This document shows, one piece after another, positions 1 through 10,781 of a stretch of DNA of 40,160 bases. Every line of letters begins with the position of its first letter. Positions within the stretch are counted from its first letter, which is position 1. The DNA lies in contig CM119270.1 in assembly GCA_051294375.1 (NCBI GenBank), positions 7,109,067 to 7,149,226 of the forward strand. Direction: 5' to 3'. The notes beneath the pieces were generated by a model that was given only the letters and a program-made list of their open reading frames with translations, was not told the origin of the DNA and searched no databases. The position numbers and the translations under genes are program-made. The stretch is from Paraspadella gotoi. Taxonomy: Eukaryota; Animalia; Chaetognatha.

Positions 1-539
1 TCGTTGCTGTATCAAGACTTTGTCTTTAGTTTCAATTAACTTTCTTCATTTAAAGTTAATCTAATTTCCCCGTACACAGCTACGGACAGATAGGCAGACA
101 GACGGACGTAATCGCTGTTGTTATTGTCTTAGTCTTTCTATTAATAAGGTCATTACTGTCAGCTTCTTATTCTACAAAGTTTTCAATATTACACAAAAAT
201 TTAAAACTACGTTAAGATAAGGATGCGTCGTCGTCGTCATAATCGTCGTCGTCTTCGTCATCATAATAACGTCCTGCTTGTCATTTTCATTGTCGTCTTT
301 GTCATCTTTTCTCTCGCCTCCGTCTTCGACTTTCTATTACGAGTCAACAAAAATAGCGGGCTTGTGACCGAGTTATGAGACGTTGTGATTGGCATTCACC
401 AAATATGGCGTGCTTGCGAATGTCGGGCGCGTTAGGTACTACATCTTGTTATAGGAGCATTTCTTTGTGACTTTCTATTGCTTGAGATCAATCAATGAAG
501 CAATTGATCAATCAATCAATCTTGAATTAATCAGTCATT

Positions 540-570
540 AAACAAACAAACAAATAAACAAACAAACAAA

Positions 571-649
<79 letters not shown>

Positions 650-662
650 ATGAATAAATAAA
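540..662 (+). repeat. (AAAC)n/(AAAT)n tetranucleotide microsatellite
   Basis: Run of aaac units followed by a long perfect taaa array, read directly. Confidence 0.95.
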
Positions 663-2739
663 AAAAAATATTAATTGAACAATTAATCTATCCGCAATTA
701 CTTAATCTCTTCAACTATATAAAGAACTCACGCTCGCAAAGAAAACATTGATTGAAAAAGGAAAAAAAGAAGAAGAGAAAAAGAAAAAAAAAGAAGAAAA
801 TATAAGAAAATATAAACGCCAAGAAAACTTGATTTGGTTATGCACAGGGGCTTTTTTTTCATCCCAATATTGCAACTGAGGTTCTGTAAATCACCGATAT
901 TAGTCCCTCAGGATCTGATTATTAATCTTTTTTTTAAAATTAACAATTTGAGAGAAAGTGGAGCGAAAAGCGAGGGCAGAGCTTTGAGAGAGATAGAGAG
1001 CACGCAGAGATCAGCAGAGGAGCAGAGCATGAGAGAGCAGAGAGCAGAGAAGAGAGAGCAATCATTAAATGTCAACTGGTCTTTTAATAACGTACGACTA
1101 CTATTTAGCGATCCGACCGTCACTCCTTTTGTTGTCGTCGAAAGAAAGAAAGAAAAGAAAAAGAAAAAAAAAGAAAGAAAGAAAGAAAAGAAAGAAAAAA
1201 TAAATAAAGAAAGAAAGAAAGAAAAAAAGAAAGGAAAGAAAGAAAAGAAAGAAATACAAGAAAGACCAAGACTACCAAAGAAAGAAAGGAAAGAACGTGT
1301 CGTTATTACTCGCTACTTTCTCTCCAGGCCTGGCGTGGAGCTCACGGGAAATTGCTTTTCTATGAGGGTGGCGAGGGAGAAGAGGAGAAAGAGAGGATGG
1401 GTAGGTAGAGGGAAAAGCTGAAGGAAGAAGGGGAAACGGAAGGAGAGGAGGAGGAGGGGAAAGTGGGGGGAATAGGGGAGAGTGGGAAGAGGGGGAAGAG
1501 GGGGAGAGGGGAAGAGGGAGTAGGCATTGGAGAAGTTCTTTCCACTCAGTTGCTCGTGAGAAGCTGAGGAAAAAGGGAATAAAGTTTGGAACCCATTTTA
1601 TTAAACTGGAACCACGGTTATAAACTTCTTCGTCACTTTAATTTCTCTAGATATAATTACTACTTTGTTTAAATTCTAAAATTCATTGTATACTATGCAG
1701 TGGTATAGGGAATTGTTTTGTTTTTTGATTTGTTCATTTTTTTTCATTGGGTCAAATAAAAATAAAAGAGAGAGAGAGAGAAGACGGATTTCTGAGAAAT
1801 TCAAGCGGGGTTGCGTTGGTCACCGACACGCGAAGGCAAAGGTCGTCGTCGTCGTCGTCGTCGTCGTCGTTTTCGTCGCTTTGTCGTTTCGAGGTTAACA
1901 AGTTGATATGACGACGACAAAAACACGTAGTCTTCAGAGTCGACGACCATATTCACGTCGTAGTCGTCGTCGTCGTCGTTTTCATCTGCGACGTCGTCGT
2001 CATGGGCAAACCGTGCAATTGCATACGAATTATGTCACCGAATGCAAACTTCTCACGCGAATATGATATAGTCGACTTCTTGTTCGGTTCTTCTTTGAGT
2101 TTTTTTTTTCAGTTCTCACAGAAAATATTCAAACTGCCTCACAAAAAATAAAAAAAAACGAAAAAACGAAATGACAACGTAAGAACGACAAGATATAAGC
2201 GTATTCTTTTTTATAGTAGGTAATAGAAGATAGATAAACTTAAGGTCACTCTCACTTTATATGTTTCTTCATTTTATCATTGACAGCAATTTAAATCCAA
2301 AGAACTAAATTTATAATCAGACAAGGGATTCAAACAATCAAAGGTGGCGAGGAACCCTCAATTCAACTATGGTGAGGACAACAAGGTAGAGCTTAACGCA
2401 GGTAAGGTAAGAAGAGGTCAACCGTTGCCCGGCCAACCGAGATAAGGCCACCCATTGTCCGGTCAACCAAGTCGAGGTCATCTCAGGCGAATCGATTCAT
2501 TTCTCCAAAAAAAAAAAGATTTATTATCGACGACGCGTCTGGAGTTTCGCTTTCGTCGCCATCTTTTGAGTTTCCTCTCGATCTTTTTCCTTCGAGTTTT
2601 GGTTGACATTGTCCTCGTCATTGGTGTCAAATCAGTTGTCGTCATCGTCGTCGTCGTTGTTGTAATCACTGTCATCGTCTTCACCGTCATCGTCTTCATT
2701 AAAGACGGCACCATTTTCTTCTATATTTTTGAAAACTTA

Positions 2740-3252
2740 ATTCGTTTTCGTCATCATCGTCGTCATCATCGTCATCGTCGTCGTCATCGTCGTTGTCGTC
2801 GTCGTCGTAGTCGTCGTCGTCCCCGCTGCGTCCTCCATCTTCCCAACCGTAAATGAATTCCCACATTTTCACGTTTTCCTCATTCACGTATTTGTTGTTG
2901 TCGTTGTCATATTTTATATGTTAGTGTTGCCGTCGGCCATGGGCGACCTAAAAGCCATTAACTTCGCATTTCATCCGCCAGAGTCGTTGCCTTTATCGTC
3001 GTCATCGTCGTCATCGTCGTCAATAAACATAATTCGTTCGTCGTCGTCGTCGTCATTGTCATCATCATCATCATAATCATCATCATCAACATCATCATCA
3101 TCATCATCATCATCATTCATCGTCGTCGTCGTCGGTCGTCGTCGTCGTCGTCGTCGTCGTCAGCATCGCCGCTATATCGTTACCGCAGTCTTCGTTGTCT
3201 TCCCCATAAAAAAGTATTCATCGTCGTCTTCGTCGTCGTCGTCGTCGTCGTC
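2740..3252. repeat. (GTC)n/(ATC)n trinucleotide-rich low-complexity region
   Basis: Multiple gtc and atc runs; these give rise to the spurious poly-D/T/R/V ORFs in the track. Confidence 0.9.
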
Positions 3253-3754
3253 ATTAATTTTGGTCACGTTTTGCCCGACAGGAAGTGAAGCAGCCTTCGG
3301 GCGATGTGAACGACGACGACGAAGAAAACGACGAAAAAAAAATTCTACAGAGAAGCACCATTAACCCTACGACTGCTACGTAAAGGAAAATATTATTTTG
3401 ACGACGACGACGACAAGAAGACAAATTTCAATGATTTGTCGAGATTTTCAAACAATTTCAAACAACGAGGACGTCAATAGCGATTAATCTTCTTGTCCCC
3501 ATGCAGTGCTCTAGGTAGAGTAAGCGTCATCGTTTCCAGATGAGGTAATTGGGAAAAATCCCGGTTTATTATTTAGTCTTGGTATGTAGTAGTAGACCCA
3601 AGTAGAAAACTGTTCAAATCTACGCCTTAAAATTAAATTAATACTAGTAATTAAAAGAAATGATTGATGGATAATTCTAAATCTGTTGTCCAGATTTTTA
3701 AAATATCCGAGTTATGAAGATTGTCCTAATAGATTCCGTTTGTTTGCAAAAGAT

Positions 3755-3793
<39 letters not shown>

Positions 3794-4158
3794 TCTTCTT
3801 AAAATAGTATGTTTATTTGTTTGAACCTTCGATTCGATTCAATATCACAATATCACAAAGATATCAATTACGTAAATATGCTCTTAGACGAACCAGATCC
3901 TTCGCGTTACGTCATCTGCAAACCAGTTTGAAAAACTTGAACTCCTTTATAATGACGTTTGCCAGGTTATTTGAAAAAAGCTAAAAGAATTCATAATAAT
4001 AATAATAATAATAATAATAAAAGCTCTTAACATTCGTAATCATCTAAATGTTATCGGAATAACGAATAAAATTCGTTCACTAAGCGCCGGAGCCTCGGAT
4101 ATACAGCCGCGGTGCGTCACCTCGCCGCACCGTTGAAGCTCCGCCCATTCGAGGCGCC

Positions 4159-6508
4159 ATGTGTCCAACTTCGCGCCGCGAGCTAAACCTAATCTCGGTC
4201 GCCGCTTACCTCTTCTCTTCGAGCTTCGGGTCGGGCGTCGTCTTCGCCACCGCGCCAAGCATGATCAAGCACTTCGGGTATTCGGACGAACGAGTCGGAA
4301 GTTTGTCGGGGTTGCTGCTTGGTAAGTGGGCAAACGCGAGTAGGCTGGATCTTTTGCTTGTTGTTTCTTGATCTTAATTAATTATAGTTTTCAACTTAGC
4401 AAGAATTTTAAAGCTTTCGTCGTTCCGTCTCTTTTTCTCTTTTTCTCTTTTTCTCTTTTTCTCTTTTTCTCTTTTTCTCTTTTTCTCTCTCGCTCACTCT
4501 CTTTCTCTCTCCTCCAACTCCCCCACTCTCTCACTCTCTCTCTTCCCACCACCCTCTTCTCCTCAGCCGCCTACTTCATCGGCGCCATCCTCAACGTCGT
4601 CTGGGGCCGCGTCTCCGATTCCATCGGACGGCGCCGCCTCATCTTGGCGTCACAAATCGTCGCCGGCGCCGGATTCGTCGGTTTCGGCGCCGCCACCTCC
4701 CTCGGCGCCGCTTTCGCCTTTCGTCTGGCGGCCGGCGCTGCAGACGTTCGCGGCGTCGTCCGCGCCGCCATCGGCGACATCTCGAAGAACGGCGATTCGG
4801 GGGCCCAGAACATGGCGGCGTTCCTTTGCGGTTGGCAGATGGGGAACACGGCGTCGCCGATCATCGCCGGTGTCTTGGCGGGTGAGTTGAGAGGGCGTGA
4901 GTTGAGAGGGCGTGGGGGAAGGGTTTGTGATAGACTGGCTCAGGTTCACGGAACAATATTTAAAAGTTAAGAACGATAAAAACTTTCGTATTTCGAAACT
5001 GGTAAACTGTTTACGTATTTTTTCCGTTATTATTTTTTTCACTAATTAATGATAATGATAATAATAATGATCGCAGACGAACGAAACACTTGGCGTGTTA
5101 TCCTTTTAATTTTCTCATTTAATTTGTGCCGGGGTCGATGCCCCCCTTTTTTTTTCTGCCAGGCGTGATGCCCTTTTTTTCATTTTTGACCAGGCGTTAC
5201 GATTCCTCTCCCTTATTTGGACCAACTTCCATTTTTTCTAATCGGCGTCGTGTCTGGACTCGTTTGCGCCGTTAGTTTTGGCTTCGTTTACTTTTTATTT
5301 GACGACGCCAACGATGACAACGACGCCAACGATGACAACGACGCCAACGATGACAACGACGCCGAAGATGCCGACATCGCAGAAGCCGACGAAACGACGG
5401 AGCTTTTGTCGTCCGGGTTTCATTCTCACGCCAGCGACGATTCCGACCGACAGACGATTTCGATCGAAGGTGAAAACCTCTTGACGAAATCTCCGTCGTC
5501 GAGGGAAGAGGATCGTCCGGTTGCGCCGCAGAAAGATGGAGACGACTTTCATTTGGGTAGGCCATTACAAATTCGGAACAACTTATATAATAATTATCCA
5601 ACATTATTTTTTTTGTTCGAATCCATGGAGTTGAAGATGAAAGAAATATATTGAAATATATATATATATAAAATTCTACAAACAATTTAATAATAATAAA
5701 GGGAATATTAAACCTGATCGAATGGTTGTATTACTCGCAAAAAATATTTGTACCTATAAAAGTAATAATTCCTGAGGTTCCTGCTCCCTTTTCTTCAACC
5801 CCCGCCTCATGTTTAAATCCACCCCCAACCCTCTTTTCACACCCCCGCCTTTCTTTCCTCTCTTTCTTCCTCATCCTCCACTTTGCCCTCACCAACGCCC
5901 TCAACAAAGGAGTCAAAGAGGCTGCGACCATCTGGGGCGGGCTCAACGCCGACCGAGGCGGCCTCGGGATGCCCCCTTGGGGCCTCGGCATCGTCACCGG
6001 TATCGGCGCGTCCTCCAGCATTCCGACGGCGCTCTTTCTCGTCCCGGCGCTATCCCGGCGTCTCGGCGACCGTAACAGCGTGGTGGGCGGCGCCATTTTT
6101 GCGGCGTTGTTCACTTTTCTTCATCCAGTGTCCAAAACGTTGGCGACGACTACGTCGGAGCGGGTGGCGTGGCTCGGCGTCGCTTTCGCCCTCTACCGGG
6201 TCGCGGCGACGACGACGTGGCAGTGTTTCGCAGTCTTCCTCAACTCCCTCTGTCCGCCGGCGTCGAGCGGCGTCGTTAACGGCGTCTCGGAGGCGACGAG
6301 TTTCGTCGCCAGCGCCGTCGGGCCGATGGTCGTCGGGTGGATGGTGTCGGCCGGAGTCGTTGGTAAAGACGACGCCGGATTGGCCGACGCAGACGCCGTG
6401 GCCGGATTGGCCGACCGCGGATTCGCCGACTACAGTTTACCGTTCATCTGCCTGGGGTCAGCCTATTTCATTCTCGGCCTGCTTTTGATTCCAATTCGGG
6501 AAAAATGA
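4159..6508 (+). CDS. Major facilitator superfamily transporter, DHA1 / ZINC INDUCED FACILITATOR-LIKE (ZIFL1/YCR023C-like); 4 exons, about 528 aa
   Basis: Exons 4159-4321, 4567-4881, 5194-5556 and 5763-6508 join in frame; all three introns are phase 1 GT-AG (donors gtaagt, gtgagt, gtaggc). Contains MFS motif A (WGRVSDSIGRR), a W...GGLG loop (WGGLNADRGGLG) typical of ZIFL1-like proteins, a second motif-A-like loop (LSRRLGDR) and many hydrophobic helices. The exon 3/4 junction is the least certain (weak acceptor aaag at 5762). Confidence 0.88.
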
Positions 6509-6806
6509 ATGACTTAAACTGTTTAATTTGGATCAGTTTTCTTTTTTCTATATGAAGACCAAAACTCTTTCATGAAGTTTACAAATTTTGAAACTTTTTA
6601 AATATATTTATTATTCCAGATTCTAATATTGTTTATTCTTCATTGAAATGAATGTACCGTTAGTTTTGTTAAAAATATCGTGAGCGTTCATTTTGAGACC
6701 TGACGTGCCAAAAAAGGAAACTCTGCCGATTTGATCCAAGTGCGAAAGAGTGAGGGACATTCTGTCTCAGCGTTTTCTTTAATTATCTCTTTTATTGTCA
6801 CTTCCA

Positions 6807-6915
<109 letters not shown>

Positions 6916-7862
6916 CTAGCCATTTCTAAGATTGAACATAAAAATTACGAGATTCCAGATAATAATTTTTAATTTCTTCGCAGATTCGTTTAGTCAGATA
7001 AGTCACTTTGTTAAGAATCAGATTTCATAACACATTATAGGTACCGATTTCATATTTAAAATGTACTACGTAAACAAAAATATTGATTTTTTTTATTATT
7101 GCAAAAAAGCGTGAGTGGGAATAAGGTTGAGAGAGACAGATTCATTTTTGTATTTTAGTTTGAAGATGAACAGTGAAAAACTATCGACGAGTTTGGAAAA
7201 CAACAACAACCAACAACAACAACAACAACAACCGGTTAGAGGAAAAAAGAAGTACATGATTATAAAGAAAGGAGGAGGAGGAGGAGGAGGAAGAAGAGGG
7301 GACATGAATTGAAGACGGAATATAGAGATGGACGACGACGACGACGACGAGAAAACAACATTTGTCTGTCGCGACGATAGACAATAAACAGAAAGGAAAA
7401 TCTGTTTCTGTTTCGCCGGGGCGAGCAACCTCGAGACCAAAACAACGACGCAAAACACAAAACAACAACAACAACTACGACAAGAAACATAGACTTCGAC
7501 GATGATGGCGGAAATAAAGACAAACAAACGGAGAGCGAGAGAAGAAGACCTTGCGGATTTAACCGGTTGTCTCACTATACTATTCATCGACTACCCCACT
7601 CCTCTATTTAACTGCCTGCTCCAGTGCTCCGGTGCTCCACTCCCCTGTTTTTTTCTTTGGCTCCATATCTATTATCTAACTCTACTCTTCTTTCCACCCT
7701 CAGCTCTAACCTCGCCTGATTTGTACTTCATTTTTTGGACGTCTGTTATTAAACTAGTATTTTCACATATATCCAAATTAGCAAATATGATGTAAATCTT
7801 TCATATTAATGACGATGATGACGACGATGAAGAAGTTCGACTGATCGATAACGGTTTCGTGA

Positions 7863-7898
<36 letters not shown>

Positions 7899-8657
7899 GA
7901 CGTCTTTTTCCGTCTTCGTCGCTGCGAAATTCATAAAGCTGCTTCACTCTTTCGCCCTCGGGCGGCGGATGGCGTGAGAAGAGAGATCGATCCCGAACAA
8001 AAGAGCATCTCTGAGAAAAACGGGACGAATATCTTTTAAAAGGAAGAGGAGAAAAAACAAATCGAGAGAAAGGGACATCTTTCGTTCGTTATAGGTTCGT
8101 ACGGTTGACATAACAATAACTATGTTGTTTGTCCGAAAAACCTGAGCCGTAGCAATGAATTCAAAAAGGTCAATCACGATCTCGTCAAAAAGTTTCGGGT
8201 GAGTGAAAACACTTTGTCGTCGTAATCGTCGTCGTCCTGAATTTCGCTTTTGTGATACCGAGACGTCCATCTCTTTTTGGAAAATGTTTAGGGACTTAAA
8301 GCTCGATAGCAGTTTAAAATAAAATTAAAAAACAACTATATCAGGAGATGCACGAGTCTAATTTGGCAAATATTATTAAATTTTAAAGGTTTTTTTGCCC
8401 CAGACGGTCGCAGCCTCTTTGACTCCTTCGTTGAGGGCGAAGTGGAGGAGGAGGAAGGAGAGGAGGAGGAAGAGGAGGAGGGTGGGGGGGTGGATCTTGG
8501 CGCCTCACTGTGATCCCATCAACTATTAGGAATGGGAGGTGGTCATTGGTCAAGCCAGAATTGTCAACCTACTTAAAGTAGGGATAGTAGCATCACTAAA
8601 TTAGCACCGGGGTCACTTTAGTGGGGTGAACTTTGGCAATGCTTTATACTATTCTAG

Positions 8658-8778
<121 letters not shown>

Positions 8779-8894
8779 TTTATCTTCGTTATTTTTTTAT
8801 CAACGCACTGACGGAATATCGTAATTAGAGATGGAGCGAGATGCACCTAAGGAAACTAAAAAAAACAAATGGCAAAATTTCCTCTGACGAAAAA

Positions 8895-10755
8895 GTAAGA
8901 ACCTTGACTAATTGTTTTCTTTGTTAATTTCTTTGTTGATACAGGGAAAACAGAAAATACGAGATTAAGCATAATAGTTGAACAATAAAATGGTCAGACG
9001 TTGACTAAAATTTTCTTTATTTATTTTATTCAAAAGTGTATTTATTTTTCTAACTTAAGATATAAATCTTAAATATAAAGCTTTTAGAATATTGGTACTG
9101 CATAATTATCTTGTTAAGGGGAAAGAGGTCTCAGCCCTCCATTGCCTAAACTTAGGATTTTAATAACCGATTTTTTGGTTGTATGAATGCTCTTACCTAT
9201 CATACACTCTTTCTCTTTCGACAACGAAAACTCGGTGAGCTTGACTTGCTGAGAGTTAATATATTAATTAGTACGTTCTCTCGATTGAGATTCTTTTCTT
9301 GTCATTACTAATTAGTTTTCTGAGCGTATATAAGAACAAAATTACTCTCCTTTTTTTGTGTTGTCAAATTTTACGCGTCGCCTACATTGATCCTGCTGAT
9401 CTTGGCCTTTGTACTATCCATGCTTTTTTCAAAGTACAGTTTTATTTCCCTTTACAGCTCTTTAATAAAAAAAAAAAAAAAAGAAAGATACATTTTAAAA
9501 TTTAAATTATCTATTATAACAGTCTCAGAAATATTTTTACAAATTTTTTATATTGGTCAATGTTAAAGTTAAATTAATGAAAATTTTCAAATTACTTGTT
9601 TCACTATTTTTTATTTTTTATTTTTATATTTTATGAAAGATTTACCATTTAATCTATATTCTTTAAATATATATATATTGCTTTCTTAAAAATTTTTTAC
9701 TTATCATTATATCTAATAACTCATTTTGGGAATGGGAAGTCAGTGTTTTCTTCTGGAAATAGAGGGAGCATCTACACAACACAAGGTTAGATTACAATCT
9801 GTCCTAGTTTTCTAATAGATATCACACATCATTCCTGTTAGAAAGTCATTAATGAAAAATCATAATATCTAATAGGCTGAACAGAAAGGGGTGGGAATGG
9901 ATAATTTTTTGATGGGGGACCAAAGTTATATATGATTTTTTTAAAAAACTAATAGGGATAAGACTACAAAGTAGAATTGTATGTTCTGATAGGGATACAT
10001 ACTGGGGAAAGGTCTATAGGGGCACCTTTATGTCATGAATATAATTTTAAAATACTTTAATGAAAATAAATTTTTTCCTTTATCCTAATTTTTAATTATT
10101 CTATTTCTGAATATCTTTTATCTATTATGTTTATAAAATGTGAAGGTCATCAGTTGGGAACCTATACCCTTCATGGATTTCGGCTCTTTAATCCCAATAT
10201 CCAGGTATAGGCGAGCCATCACCAAATATAATATATAATATATAATATAATATATATATAATATATAATATAATATAATATAATATAATATAATATATAA
10301 TATTATTTAAATGTATGTCTGAAATCAAGACATTCTATTATATTTTAGACACTTATCGTCTGGACTAGCCCAATTTCTGAGTGCCATTGGGCCATTCTTT
10401 TAAAAAAAGCACCCTATCTGTTAAGCTATGTAGAGACTTGATTGAAAATTTAGGATTATGTATATTAGTAAGTTTAGGAATTAGGTTAGGGATTAGCGTT
10501 AGTAATTACATGAGGGATAAGGTTTGAGTTAGGGATTTATGAGATAATGGACGAGGGTTAGGGATTAAGGTAAGGGATCACGTAAGGAAATTAGTTAAAC
10601 ATTACCTAGGGTTAGCAATAAGAGCAGGGTGTAGGTTAGGAATTTGGTTAGGGATATAGGCTAGGGGTTAGACTACCTTATCCAAGATAAGATAAGAGAA
10701 GAGAAAAATCAATAAGTAATTCACTTACTGAGAGCCCGTTTCTCTTTATCTTTAG
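8895..10755 (+). other. Putative 5'-UTR introns and exon of the XK-related gene
   Basis: A 50-nt intron-like segment at 8895-8944 (gtaaga...gactaat...pyrimidine tract...acag), a donor cg|gtgagc at 9235, and a strong acceptor tttctctttatctttag| ending at 10755, 26 nt before the ATG at 10782. No transcript evidence. Confidence 0.4.
10449..10672 (+). repeat. Degenerate interstitial TTAGGG-like repeat tract
   Basis: Repeated ttaggg, ttagga, gttagg and ggttag variants, e.g. ttaggttagggattagcgttag, gagggttagggattaagg, ggttagggatataggctaggggttag. Confidence 0.65.
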
Positions 10756-10781
10756 GAAATAAATAATAAAATCACATTGCA

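Noticed and set aside
834-1421. 195-aa Lys/Glu/Arg-rich ORF
   Set aside because: Kept open by (GAAA)n and (GAGCA)n low-complexity sequence; non-ATG start and no domain.
2455-2887. Poly-D, poly-T and poly-R ORFs
   Set aside because: Translations of (GAC/GTC)n microsatellites, open in several frames on both strands.
7944-8270. 108-aa minus-strand ORF
   Set aside because: No recognisable motif and no convincing splice partners.
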